In this document: positions 18,318 to 29,100 of the stretch, one piece after another
Numbering within the stretch: position 1 is the stretch's first letter
Layout: each line of letters opens with the position of its first letter
NCBI GenBank assembly: GCA_044359815.1
Contig: JBIKLL010000014.1
Coordinates: forward strand, 1-49,060
DNA: 49,060 bases
Reading direction: 5' to 3'
From: Pseudobdellovibrionaceae bacterium
GTDB taxonomy: Bacteria > Bdellovibrionota > Bdellovibrionia > Bdellovibrionales > Bdellovibrionaceae
Made by a program: the position numbers and the translations under genes
Notes under the pieces: generated by a model
Databases searched by the model: none
What the model saw: only the letters and a program-made list of their open reading frames with translations
Told to the model about the DNA's origin: nothing

Positions 18318-20267
18318 ATGCGCTTTGTGTTTCTGCTCGAAAATGAACCTAAATTCGAAAAAGAAATTGCAGAATCGATTTATCAAATCGACCCCAAAAT
18401 TCAGTTAAAAGTTTTTAAATCGCTGGAAGCCTTTGCAGCCTGGATAAAAGTTTTTATGCAAAACGGGCCTCAGTCTGTTGAAGGTGCCGGAGAATACCCA
18501 CAGGGAGTATTTTTTGAACCATTGGCAAAAGGCGACAAACACACATTGGCCCTGGTGATTTCAAAGGTCGAGTTTTTAGGTGCCGAACAATTGGGATTAC
18601 TGCGTAAAACCCGCGACATGTTTATCCAAAGGGGCCTTTGTACCAAAGAAGACCCCACAGGTTTTGTATTAACAGTATTTGATGATCCCAATTATCATGT
18701 GCACGATCTGCAAGACAATATTTTGAATAACATTTTATATAAACCTTTTGATCGATTGATCCTGACCCAGCATTTGACCTACGCCATTGACGGCAGACAC
18801 CCCCCGTCCAAATACACAATTGCCAATCAAAAAACCACAGCCATTGTTGAAATGCTGAAAGAACTTAAACTGGAATCCATGAGTGAAATTGGATTCAGAA
18901 GCATTTCTGATCGCGAAATCCCAGTGGGAGTTATTTCGAAATACTACGCTGGACAATTTATATCTGACCGGCACTTATCCTTGATGGGTGTTACAAGATC
19001 CTGTAAACCCCACCCCAGCGTAGCCAATCATTTTCAAGTCGAAGTCCAATATTTCGCAGTGGACCCCATACAGATTCAAAATTTACGGAAAGACTGTTTT
19101 AAAAGCTACACATCAAATCCAGACGGTGCATGGTTTCAAAACGTATCTGACCCAACCGCCACGTACACCTTTATCGGTGTTGATCCCGATGAAATGGGAC
19201 CAGCCGGATTGTTTGCACAAATCAACCGGCGTTTTAAAAACGTCAATCACATTGATTTTGAAAACTTCGCTGATTTTATGGCAGAGCTTGATCCAGAAGC
19301 CAGCCTGAAACAGGGTGGGATTTTTGGCAAATCCTTTGGTGGAAAACCTGAAACCATTTTACGATTTGATAAAACCGGCAACATGTATTTAGGAGTCGAT
19401 GACAAAGCCCAGGTTTCAACTTTATTTGGAAAACCTCCTGAAGAATGGAAAAACAAAACAGGTTGGATGCCATCAATTCTGGATGCTGACTCAAAAGAAA
19501 ATTTCAAAAAGATTTTTAAACCCGATGGCGGCAATCAATTGCTGGTGTTATCAGCCAAAAGCGGAGAAGAAAAATTTCTGGTCTATGTCACCAAGATTGA
19601 ACCGCTGGATAAAGAAATTAAAGTCAGTTTAAAAGAACTAACAGATTCAGAAAAAGCAGCCTTTTTAAAGAAGGTCTCAAAAATCCCAGCCAAAGTTGAT
19701 TTTTTAATTATCAGTCACCGTTATGCTGGTGATAAACCTGTCGAACGCTGGGGTCCATTGTTGGAAGCCCTCGAGAAAAAAACCGGAAAAAAGCCTCTGT
19801 TGTTTTTGTCATCGAAAAAAGACTATACGGATAATGAAGAGCGAGACATTTCAGCCGTGTTTCATGATATTTGGTTTAAGCCCGTTGATAAGGTTTATAT
19901 GTTTCAAAAACTAAAAATGTTTTTCCCAACTCTAGCTGACGATGGAGAACCCATCCAGCTTCACCCATTTAAAACAAACGAAATTATAAAATCCGCAAAC
20001 CCAATCAAGGTCATTCAAATTTCCGAGGCCGGATTTATCATGCAATACAACCGCGCTATACAAATTGGGAAATTTCGCGAAATGGTGTTATTGCAGCCCT
20101 ATGAAATCGGTTCCCCAGAGCTTAAGGCCAATTGCAATTTTAGCGAAGCCAAGGGCAAAGAAGGATTTGATAATCACTTTGTGTTTTTTGGGATGAACGA
20201 TCAATTTTTAAAGCACATTCGCCAATGGATACTAACCAACTACGTCCAATCCAAAGAAAAAGGTTAA
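18318..20267 (+). CDS. Cytoplasmic signalling-type protein with two degenerate REC/PilZ-like modules
   Basis: FVFLLENE start; repeated KPFD/KPVD followed by SMSEIGF/QISEAGF and terminal F....Q....IR segments. Confidence 0.55.
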   Translation: MRFVFLLENEPKFEKEIAESIYQIDPKIQLKVFKSLEAFAAWIKVFMQNGPQSVEGAGEYPQGVFFEPLAKGDKHTLALVISKVEFLGAEQLGLLRKTRDMFIQRGLCTKEDPTGFVLTVFDDPNYHVHDLQDNILNNILYKPFDRLILTQHLTYAIDGRHPPSKYTIANQKTTAIVEMLKELKLESMSEIGFRSISDREIPVGVISKYYAGQFISDRHLSLMGVTRSCKPHPSVANHFQVEVQYFAVDPIQIQNLRKDCFKSYTSNPDGAWFQNVSDPTATYTFIGVDPDEMGPAGLFAQINRRFKNVNHIDFENFADFMAELDPEASLKQGGIFGKSFGGKPETILRFDKTGNMYLGVDDKAQVSTLFGKPPEEWKNKTGWMPSILDADSKENFKKIFKPDGGNQLLVLSAKSGEEKFLVYVTKIEPLDKEIKVSLKELTDSEKAAFLKKVSKIPAKVDFLIISHRYAGDKPVERWGPLLEALEKKTGKKPLLFLSSKKDYTDNEERDISAVFHDIWFKPVDKVYMFQKLKMFFPTLADDGEPIQLHPFKTNEIIKSANPIKVIQISEAGFIMQYNRAIQIGKFREMVLLQPYEIGSPELKANCNFSEAKGKEGFDNHFVFFGMNDQFLKHIRQWILTNYVQSKEKG

Positions 20268-20424
20268 GATTTTGCCTGTTGCCAATGACATTTATCCCTT
20301 GCATCGCAAGCTTGCCCATATGTTTGTGTCGTACTATTAAACAGTCCTTGAATTTATTTCTAACTACCCTGATTGCAGTCTAAAGACCTTTAAATCAACC
20401 AATCATTCCTGCTAAAAATAACTG

Positions 20425-22263
20425 ATGAGTAAACAGACTATAGCAACTAAAAGCCATCTGCGGAATCTTTCTCCTGACAGTTATAAATTTAAAAAATTGT
20501 ATCTGCCAATTGCCCTGGTGATTCTGTCACTGATCAGCCAACCGCTGTTTGCCAAAAGGGCCTGTGAATCATCTTTTAAAATTGAAACCGGGATTTTTGA
20601 ATCCCCAGTTAATATCACCAGACAGTCTTTGGACACTCTGGTTACCGAAAACCGCGTTAGTTGGAAAAACATCCAAGCCGGATCCGAGCAAAACAATCCC
20701 CTGCAAATCGGCACCAAACCTTATCAGCGAATAGTCTTGGGCCAATCTGGTTCAGACATTGTATTGCCAGCTTTTATGAAGACCTTGGCTTCAGAGCAAT
20801 TTCAACAAGTACGCAAGGCCTTGAATCAGGAAAAAATTGAACTGGAAGTCTGGCCCACAGAAAACGACAATGGGGATTACACATGGACGATCGCGCGCTT
20901 TCGAAAAAACTCCAAAAGCCACTGGCAATGGCTTAGTAGCGATTTAAAGATTGAGTCAAAATCCACAGCACCAGAATTGCCAACAGTTTATAATATCACT
21001 GACCCAAAGGATTTTGGATATTTGTTTACTGATGTTTTAGACATGCCCGATCTGTATGATAAACCCATGTTTGCCAATACCGTGTTTACCAGCACAGATG
21101 GCCGATTGGTTTACCAGGCTTGGCCCCTGACAGAAACCCGTGAATTGCTGAAGGAATATTACACCAACAGTCCCAGTTTTGCTAAAACAGTGGTGGCCAG
21201 ATTTTTTACCCAACCACCAAGGCTGAATGAAGAACCGGTTTCATTCTCGGTGTCTGTCACAGAATCAGGCATTGAATTTAACAGAGCTATCAGTTGGGAT
21301 CCTCGCAAACCGTTGCCACCAATAAGACATCAATTTCAAAAGGTGCAGTTTCCCCAGAATTTCCAGCAACAGTATAAAACTGACGTTAAGACTTTTGCGG
21401 GCGAACTGACTGCGGAATTTCCTATTTCAAAAATGCTTGCGACATTTACCCGCAAAAACAACACACAAGCTGAAAATCAATTATTGCTGATGGCCCAGTA
21501 TTTTAAAGAACGCTACGCCATGATGGGGCTTAAAACCTTTGAAACAAAATTTAAATGGCGGGGCATGGATCATTCAAACGTGATTGCTGTCATCCCTGGC
21601 ACCAACAAAGGCGCTGACAATAAGCCTGTGATTTTGGCCGATCATTTTGACACAGCTTATGCCGAAGACGTGTTTGAAAAAACAGGCAAACGGGTCGCGG
21701 CCCCCGGCGCTGATGACAATTACACTGCCACAGCCGCATTGTTAGCCGCAGCCGCAACGTTAAAAGATTCTAAACCCAAAAACGATATTTGGCTTTTACA
21801 TTTAACAGGCGAAGAATTTCCTGCTGATGATTTGGGTGCTAGGGTTTTTATCCAGTACATGTTGGAAAACAAAATCCAAACTTCAGGGATTATAATTATG
21901 GATATGATTGGTCATAATCCTGATGGCAAAAAGATGTTTCAAATCAGCTCTGGTAAATCCGATGAATCCATCCGCATCGCTGAGCTGTTACATCAGGTGA
22001 CAGGGACTGTGGCTCCTGATCGAGACGGCAAAATCAGGGACAGGTTTAGTGATTTGAGCTATCTGTACAACACCGACGGCAGGGTGTTTAGTGCCTTTGG
22101 GTTTCCAGTGGTTTTATTAAACGAACATTTAAATCGTAAATTCAGGTTGTTTCGCGATGGGTATCACAAAACATCAGACAACAGTTCAAAGATTGATTGG
22201 AATTATGCTTTGGATATCGTCAGGGTTGCTATCACTTCAGCAAATGCGCTGGCTCAGAAATAA
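20425..22263 (+). CDS. M28 family aminopeptidase with a long N-terminal domain
   Basis: ADHFDT, PGADDN, TGEE, MDMIG, YHKTSD; hydrophobic signal-like segment near aa 28-43. Confidence 0.88.
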   Translation: MSKQTIATKSHLRNLSPDSYKFKKLYLPIALVILSLISQPLFAKRACESSFKIETGIFESPVNITRQSLDTLVTENRVSWKNIQAGSEQNNPLQIGTKPYQRIVLGQSGSDIVLPAFMKTLASEQFQQVRKALNQEKIELEVWPTENDNGDYTWTIARFRKNSKSHWQWLSSDLKIESKSTAPELPTVYNITDPKDFGYLFTDVLDMPDLYDKPMFANTVFTSTDGRLVYQAWPLTETRELLKEYYTNSPSFAKTVVARFFTQPPRLNEEPVSFSVSVTESGIEFNRAISWDPRKPLPPIRHQFQKVQFPQNFQQQYKTDVKTFAGELTAEFPISKMLATFTRKNNTQAENQLLLMAQYFKERYAMMGLKTFETKFKWRGMDHSNVIAVIPGTNKGADNKPVILADHFDTAYAEDVFEKTGKRVAAPGADDNYTATAALLAAAATLKDSKPKNDIWLLHLTGEEFPADDLGARVFIQYMLENKIQTSGIIIMDMIGHNPDGKKMFQISSGKSDESIRIAELLHQVTGTVAPDRDGKIRDRFSDLSYLYNTDGRVFSAFGFPVVLLNEHLNRKFRLFRDGYHKTSDNSSKIDWNYALDIVRVAITSANALAQK

Positions 22264-22367
22264 TTTTTTGGCAGAAAGGCCCAGCCAGTATTGCTGGACC
22301 AGTTAGTTTAAAACCTACAGATTTGATAAAATATTTTTGCTTTCAAATCTGCTTTTAGTTTGTTGGA

Positions 22368-22805
22368 TTAGTCTAAATGCAGACTTGTGAAAACTTCTTG
22401 TGAAATAGGTCTTCCGTCTTTGTCCGTGCGTTTACAAACAGTCAAAACTTTTACTATGATATTGTTAATTTCGGTAGGTGACACCATGTTTCTGGTGTCG
22501 CACTCTTTAGCATTAATAACTCCAGTCCTAAATCCGTTTTGCAAAAGATCGAGCTTGAATGTGTGTGAAGCATTGGCTGACATCCACAGGCCTCTGGCAT
22601 CAACCGTCAGTAAACATGATTGTCCTGAGTGGATTGTTTTTTGAACCAAGCCTCTGACCTGAACTGATTCTACGTTTGAGGTTTCGCAGATTCTTTCCTC
22701 TGTTGTTGATGGCTGTGGCGCTGGAATGGTGTTTCCGTCGTCGTATCCTGAATTTGCCAGGGCTACGTTTGCCGACAATACTAGGGCCAGAGTTATTGCT
22801 TTCAT
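22368..22805 (-). CDS. Secreted hypothetical protein
   Basis: AGGAGA RBS before MKAITLALVLSANVALA; four Cys. Confidence 0.7.
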   Translation of the reverse strand: MKAITLALVLSANVALANSGYDDGNTIPAPQPSTTEERICETSNVESVQVRGLVQKTIHSGQSCLLTVDARGLWMSANASHTFKLDLLQNGFRTGVINAKECDTRNMVSPTEINNIIVKVLTVCKRTDKDGRPISQEVFTSLHLD

Positions 22806-23065
22806 GGGATCTCCTATTTTTTGGTTAAACTGTGTTTTTAAATATTTAGTTTCTAAGTCTAAATGAACTGATCTGTTGTCTGTTTTGACGTTGTTTTTAA
22901 ACATTCGACGCAATGTAGCACGAAGGGGCGCAATTCTTCCACCGCTTTTGTTAAAGGCTCTCAATCCTTAAAAATTTTCCACTTTGCGCCCTCTCTAAGA
23001 CCCCTCATTCAATAGGTGCACATACAGAGGGATGCAGACCAACGACCAAATTCAAAAATAGCGGT

Positions 23066-23107
23066 TTGACTTACACATATTTTACAGTGTAAGTTATATG
23101 TAAGTTA
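23066..23107 (+). promoter_or_regulatory. lexA promoter with an overlapping LexA (SOS) box TTAC-AGT-GTAA
   Basis: -35 TTGACT (23066-71), -10-like TAAGTT (23090-95), TTACAGTGTAA at 23082-92 matching the Bdellovibrio LexA consensus TTAC-N3-GTAA. Confidence 0.8.
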
Positions 23108-23119
23108 CAAGGATAAAAC

Positions 23120-23902
23120 ATGGCAAACAAAACTAAGACTTCTAAATCAAAACCTGAATCTGCGATTAAGAATCCATCCAGAGTTTTGTCTTCTGCTGAT
23201 CAAACTCCCCCTCCGACCCCACTGACAGCCAAGGAAAAATCTGTACTCGAATTTGTCGAGCACAGTTTGGCTGACAGTGGTGTGTCTCCTTCTTACCAAG
23301 AAATTAAGGAGCACTTTGGGTTTGCATCTTACAACTCGGTTCAAAATTATCTGAAACAACTTATCAGTAAGGGGTACATTCAAATCCCCTCTAACCAAAA
23401 GCGAGCCATTCATATTCTGCGCCCATCGACGGCAGTGCAAACTCAGCTTGAAGAAATCCGCGCATCCTCTCCTCGTGCTTCACTTCTACCCAATAGGAGT
23501 GAGGGCGGGGAGCTAATTTCTCTTCCTCTGCTGGGCCGTGTGGCGGCAGGGGCTCCCATTGAAGAATTTGATCACGATGAACATATCGATGTCCCGCCCA
23601 GTATGATTCGAAATCCCACAAAATCCTTTGCCCTGAAGGTTAAGGGAACCTCAATGGTGGATGATGGGATTTTAGATGGGGATATTATTTTGGTTCAGCG
23701 ACAGGCCAGCGCCATTAATGGCGAAATCGTTGTGGCCACAGTGGAAAACGAATCCACTGTTAAAAGACTTTTTACTAATACAGACTCAAACCGAAAACTC
23801 GTGGAACTGCGACCTGCAAACTCAACAATGAAATCCATGTGGTACCCTCCGGATCGAATACATATCCAAGGGGTCGTCGTCGGCTTGATAAGAAAGTTCT
23901 GA
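23120..23902 (+). CDS. lexA: SOS repressor LexA
   Basis: N-terminal wHTH (LTAKE...SPSYQEI...SVQNYL), cleavage site VAAG, catalytic Ser (GTSM) and Lys (TVKR). Confidence 0.96.
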   Translation: MANKTKTSKSKPESAIKNPSRVLSSADQTPPPTPLTAKEKSVLEFVEHSLADSGVSPSYQEIKEHFGFASYNSVQNYLKQLISKGYIQIPSNQKRAIHILRPSTAVQTQLEEIRASSPRASLLPNRSEGGELISLPLLGRVAAGAPIEEFDHDEHIDVPPSMIRNPTKSFALKVKGTSMVDDGILDGDIILVQRQASAINGEIVVATVENESTVKRLFTNTDSNRKLVELRPANSTMKSMWYPPDRIHIQGVVVGLIRKF

Positions 23903-23981
23903 TAGGAAAAATGAAAACACAAACGCGCTGAAATAACCCAGCAGAATTTCTGCTGAGCGCACAAATCTGACGGTGTACACT

Positions 23982-24065
23982 GATTTGCCTTCTGGTCCGC
24001 TGGCCGATCCGCTTGTTGATCTGCTGGCCGATTCATTTGCTGATCTGTTTTTAGATCTGTTTGCA
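23982..24065. repeat. Seven degenerate 12-bp tandem repeats between lexA and imuA
   Basis: GATTTGCCTTCT GGTCCGCTGGCC GATCCGCTTGTT GATCTGCTGGCC GATTCATTTGCT GATCTGTTTTTA GATCTGTTTGCA. Confidence 0.75.
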
Positions 24066-24096
24066 AATCGTCGCACTGTCATTTACGGAGGAATTT

Positions 24097-24861
24097 ATGT
24101 CTGCAGCTCTTGCATTGGCAGAGTTTTCTGCCAAAGGGGATTGCTTTACCCAAAATTTGCCCAGACCACAGTCGTTGGCACAGCTTCGGCAGGAGCTGGG
24201 AAACAAGCTTTTGTCAGTGGATCAGTTGCGCCCACCTGAGGGATTACCCACAGGAATTTCCACATTCGATAATTTTTTGCTGTGGAAGGGAATTCCCAAA
24301 GGAGAAATTTCTTTGCTGTACGGTCATCCAGGGACAGGCTGTACTTCGCTATGGCTCAGCACCGCCAGACAGATTCACGCTCAGAAAAAATGGGTAGCTT
24401 GGGTTAATTCGGATTGGGAATTACTGCCATCACATCTGGTGCAAAAACAATTGGATCTGAACCGATTGTTGGTGGTGCAAAAGCCCAGCGATAAATCGCA
24501 GATGTTTTATATTTTGCAAGAACTGATCACCAGCTCATTGTTTGAAATGATTGGATGTCATCTGCAGTTGATGGATTTAAAAATTCATCAATTAAATAAA
24601 CTCAAAAAACTGGCCAGTCTGCACAAGGTCGCGTTGGTGATTATCAGCTCGGCCCGCAGACTCAGAAATCATCCTCTGTTTAGTTTGATTATTGATTTTC
24701 AGAAGGACTTTTTAACAGTTCGCAGAGCTTTACACAGACCAACCCCCTTCCACATAGCGAGGGATCGTTCGGAAACACAACTTAATTACACCGGGAGGAA
24801 TATCTATGAGAACTTTATGCGTGAACTTACAATGCCAAACGATGGACCCAAACTGCGCTGA
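24097..24861 (+). CDS. imuA: ImuA-type RecA-like mutasome protein
   Basis: GGAGG RBS; TGISTFD...GIPKGEI, degenerate Walker A GHPGTGCT, LDLNRLLVV; precedes imuB-dnaE2. Confidence 0.85.
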   Translation: MSAALALAEFSAKGDCFTQNLPRPQSLAQLRQELGNKLLSVDQLRPPEGLPTGISTFDNFLLWKGIPKGEISLLYGHPGTGCTSLWLSTARQIHAQKKWVAWVNSDWELLPSHLVQKQLDLNRLLVVQKPSDKSQMFYILQELITSSLFEMIGCHLQLMDLKIHQLNKLKKLASLHKVALVIISSARRLRNHPLFSLIIDFQKDFLTVRRALHRPTPFHIARDRSETQLNYTGRNIYENFMRELTMPNDGPKLR

Positions 24862-26131
24862 GATTTTTTTAAAATTTTCTCCGCGGGTGCAGATCAGAAA
24901 ACCTGGCTACCTGTTTATTGATATTGAATCCACCAGTGGCTTGCATGGTGGAGAATTTAAACTGATGAAGGCGGCCCTGCAGGCTGCGCGCAAATTTGCC
25001 AGCAACGCCACGGCGGCCATTGCCGATACGGCTTATTTTGCCCAAGCCTTGGTCCACTATAAGCCGTTTGAAATTTCACCCAGCGGCGAAGATCACAAAA
25101 TTTTGTTTCCCCTGCCCGTTTCAATTTTGCGAGAAATGGAGGGCCTAGAACCCTGGAGTAAAGTGAAATCCATCGAGCATGTGATTGGGACCTTCCAAAA
25201 CGTGGGGTTTCACACCTTTGAAGATCTGTTTCATCTGGAGCTCAGTCAATTTCGCGAACGCTGGGGCGAACTGGGTGTCACCATCTGGAAAAGGGTTCAT
25301 GAACGCGAAAAACAAGTGATAGCCCCGTTGATTTCACAGGAACCTCTGTCGGGGTATTGTCATCTGGATGATCCCATCAGTCTGCAGCAGTTTTTAGAAC
25401 CCTATGTAAAGAAACAACTGGAATATTTATTTATGCGGCTTGAGGGTTTAGGCAGATTTGCAAAAAAAGCCGAAATCACCTTGCACTGTGAATATTCAAA
25501 CAAAAAATATTTTATCCCCGTAGAGCCGGTGAAACCCAATCGTGATCTGAATTTGTTTTTTGATCTGTTTTGCAAACGACTGTCTGAGCTGGATTTGGAA
25601 AATCCGATTCGTGAATTTGAAATCTATATTTATGATGTGCCAGAAAAGGTAACACAGTTGGATTTTTTTGAACCCCGCGATGTCAGCGAGGACAAATGGC
25701 GACGCCTGATCAGTTTTGCAAAAGCTGCTGGCTGCAATATGGGATTTTTGCAGATTGAAAATTCGTATCTGCCAGAGGCCAGTTACAGTCTGAAGGATGA
25801 CTGGAGCCAGGATTTAAACATCAAAGACGTTGTTGAGTTTTCAGAAGAAGCCATTCAGATCAAAACTTCCTATGGAAAAGCTTTATTGAAAAGCCCCAGG
25901 CCTTCGCTGCTACTAAAGGAACCCAGTCCTATGCCAAGTGATCAGATAAAAAGTCTGAAGTTTTTAACTCAGCTACCCCAAGAGCGTGTCGAAAGCCCTT
26001 GGTGGAAATCTTGGATTCAGAAATTTCCGCAGCGTGATTATTATTTTGCCTTTACCGCCACCGGACAATTGCTGTGGGTGTTTCAAAATGCTTTTGATCA
26101 AAACTATTATTTGCACGGTTATTTTGATTGA
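24806..26131 (+). CDS. imuB: ImuB, catalytically inactive Y-family polymerase
   Basis: FSPRV...LFIDI; QLDFF clamp-binding-like motif; C-terminal ERVESPWW...RDYY...WVF...YLHGYFD. Confidence 0.9.
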   Translation: MRTLCVNLQCQTMDPNCAEIFLKFSPRVQIRKPGYLFIDIESTSGLHGGEFKLMKAALQAARKFASNATAAIADTAYFAQALVHYKPFEISPSGEDHKILFPLPVSILREMEGLEPWSKVKSIEHVIGTFQNVGFHTFEDLFHLELSQFRERWGELGVTIWKRVHEREKQVIAPLISQEPLSGYCHLDDPISLQQFLEPYVKKQLEYLFMRLEGLGRFAKKAEITLHCEYSNKKYFIPVEPVKPNRDLNLFFDLFCKRLSELDLENPIREFEIYIYDVPEKVTQLDFFEPRDVSEDKWRRLISFAKAAGCNMGFLQIENSYLPEASYSLKDDWSQDLNIKDVVEFSEEAIQIKTSYGKALLKSPRPSLLLKEPSPMPSDQIKSLKFLTQLPQERVESPWWKSWIQKFPQRDYYFAFTATGQLLWVFQNAFDQNYYLHGYFD

Positions 26132-29100
26132 AATCCGTGGCTGCCTATGTGCCCTTTGTTGAATTATTGGGTCGGACTAATTTTTCATTTCTGCAAGGGG
26201 CCTCACATCCTGACGAAATGGTCGAAGCCGCCATAGAGCTGGGGTATAACGGCATCACCATCTGTGATCTGCATGGCCTGTACGGAGTTGTTCAGGGATA
26301 CAAAACGGCTAAGGCTCCTTCACTGTTTAAGGCTTCTTTGCATTCCAGCCAAGGATTTAGCTACCTGATTGGAACCGAATTTATTTTGACCGATCAATCA
26401 CACATTGCCCTGCTGCCAATGACACAAATTGGTTACACACAATTATGCCAACTGATCACCGTTGGTAAACGGCAGGCCACCAAAGGCTTTTGCAAACTGT
26501 CACTGACAGATATTAAAAATCATAATCAGGATCTGATTGCACTGGCACTGCCGCCAACCAGTGTGGACCGATTTGAATCCCTGCACGAGATTTTTGGCGA
26601 CCGTCTGTATTTGCCAGTCTGGCGGGACATGACCTGGGAATCGCGACAGTTTTTACAGCAGGCTCTGTATCTGGAAAAATCCCACAATGCCCAGCTGTTT
26701 GTTACCAACAGACCCTACATGCATTCGCCAGAGCGAAAACCTGTGTTTGATACTTTGACCTGCATTTTACATCATACGACCCTGGATGAAGCAAAAACAA
26801 AACTGCTGCAGAATTCTGAAAATCATCTAAGACCCATCGAAGAGCTTCTAAAAATCTGGAGCGACAGGCCTGATCTGCTGGCTGCCACACAAAAAATTGC
26901 TGACAGAATTCAATTTGATCTGGGGCAGATTCGTTATCGGTATCCGACGGCTCAGTTGCCAGCGGGAATGAGCTCTGCTGAATATTTAAAAAAACTGACC
27001 CACGAGGGTTTGCACTGGAGGTTTCCGGATAAAATTCCAGACAGTGTTTTAAAAATGGCTCAGCATGAGCTTACGCTGATCGCAGATCTGAAATACGATG
27101 ATTATTTTTTAACTCTTTATGAAATTTGTCAGTTTGCACGGGAAAAACAAATCCTTTACCAGGGACGAGGCTCGGCTGCAAATTCGGTGGTTTGTTTTGC
27201 CCTGGGACTGACAGCGGTTGATCCGACCAAGGTGGATTTGCTGTTTGAAAGATTTATTTCAAAAGAACGCGACGAACCCCCTGACATAGATATTGATTTT
27301 GAACACCAACGCCGCGAAGAAGTGATTCAGCATATTTATCAAAAATACGACGAAAACCACGCGGCCATGGTGTGTACCATCATCAGATATAAATCGCGCA
27401 TGGCTTTGCGTGAAACGGCCAAGGTTTTTGGGATTCCGCTGGGAACCATTGATCGCATAATCAAGTTTATGGGTCGCGATGGAATGCGCAGGCTCAAGGA
27501 AACCGAAACTATTTTTGCAGAATTTGGAATCGATTCTGAAAAATGGATGATGATGATGGCCATTGCCCAGGGGATTTACGGATTCCCACGTCACGTGGGG
27601 ATTCACACCGGAGGATTTTTGATCACTCAGGATTTTATTTGCCAGATGGTTCCCGTTGAAAAAGCCACGATGCAGGGCCGTTACGTTATACAGTGGAACA
27701 AAGACGATGTGAATTTTATGGGATTAATGAAAATCGATTTGCTGTCGCTGGGAATGCTGACTGCGATAAAAAAATCTCTTGAATCACTGAGCAAACATAA
27801 GAACCTGCATTACAATCTGGCCACCCTGCCCGCCGAGGACAAAACCACTTACGATATGATCAGTCGGGCTGATACTGTTGGGGTTTTTCAGATCGAATCA
27901 CGGGCACAGATGCAAACACTGCCCAGGATGAGGCCACGAAATTTTTATGATCTGGTGGTTGAAGTGGCGTTGATCCGTCCAGGCCCATTGCAAGGGGGCA
28001 TGGTGCATCCCTATCTGCGCAGACGCCAGGGGCTTGAAAAAGTCCAATATGGTCATCCAAAACTGGAAAGCGTGTTGAAAAAAACTTTGGGTGTTCCGAT
28101 TTTTCAAGAGCAAGTTATGAAAATCGTGATGGAAGCTGCAAGCTTTAGTGCCGGAGAAGCCGACGAACTGAGACGATTGATGTCTGCAGCTTGGCGGGGC
28201 AAGGGCACCATGGATGGAGTCCGCCATCGCATCATGAGGGGATTTAAAGAAAACGGGATTCCTGATGATTACGCAGAAAAAATTTATAAAACCATAGAGG
28301 GCTTTGCGAACTATGGCTTTCCTGAAAGCCATGCGGCCAGTTTTGCCCTGCTGACCTATGCAAGTTGTTATTTAAAATGCCATCACCCCGAGGTTTTTAC
28401 CTGCAGTTTGTTAAACAGCCAACCCATGGGATTTTATGCGCCCCGAACGTTGATCGCCGATGCTCAGAGACACGGCGTCCGTGTGCGGCCCTTGTGCGTG
28501 CAAAAATCTGATGTGGAATACACTCTGGTTAAATCAGACACTGCCGTTCAACACAATCCCGATGCCGCTTTTAAAAAAGACCTTGATCCGAAATGTGCTG
28601 CTGAGTCTGCAAATCGTTTCTTGGATCTGCAGATTGGGCTTTGTTCTGTGTATGGGGTTGCACAACATTTTTTAAATATTTTGGTCCAAGAGCGCACAAA
28701 AAATGGCAGCTTTAAAAATCTGTCTGATCTGATTATGCGAACCTGTTTGCCAAAATCAGTTTTGCTCAGACTGGCTGCCAGTGGTGCCATGTCCAGTTTT
28801 AAAATCCCGGCCCGCGAATTGATTTGGCAAATCGAAGCCACAGAATTAAGTGATCAAAGTTTTCTGTGGACTCTGCCGCGCGAAAGCTTTCAGTCACTCA
28901 CAGCCAATCAAACAAAACCCGAATCCGAATGGCAGTCATTGCACCGCGAGTACACGACAAAGGGATTTTCGATCGACAATCATCCGATCAAATTGCTGCG
29001 GCAAAAATCTTGTTTGAGCTCAAAAGATTTATCCAAATTACCTAATAAAAAACGTTTGCAGATTATGGGTCTGTTGGCCTTTACCCAAAGACCGCCGACG

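Noticed and set aside
23982..24065. Repeats as a CRISPR array (also 35726-35819)
   Set aside because: Units are too short or degenerate, there are no unique spacers between identical repeats, and no cas genes are present.
23695..24397. ORFs spanning the lexA-imuA spacer on both strands
   Set aside because: They are open mainly because of the stop-free 12-bp repeats, overlap lexA or imuA, and have no convincing RBS.
24097..24861. recA call
   Set aside because: Short, Walker A Lys replaced by Cys, and located in the imuB-dnaE2 cassette, so ImuA.
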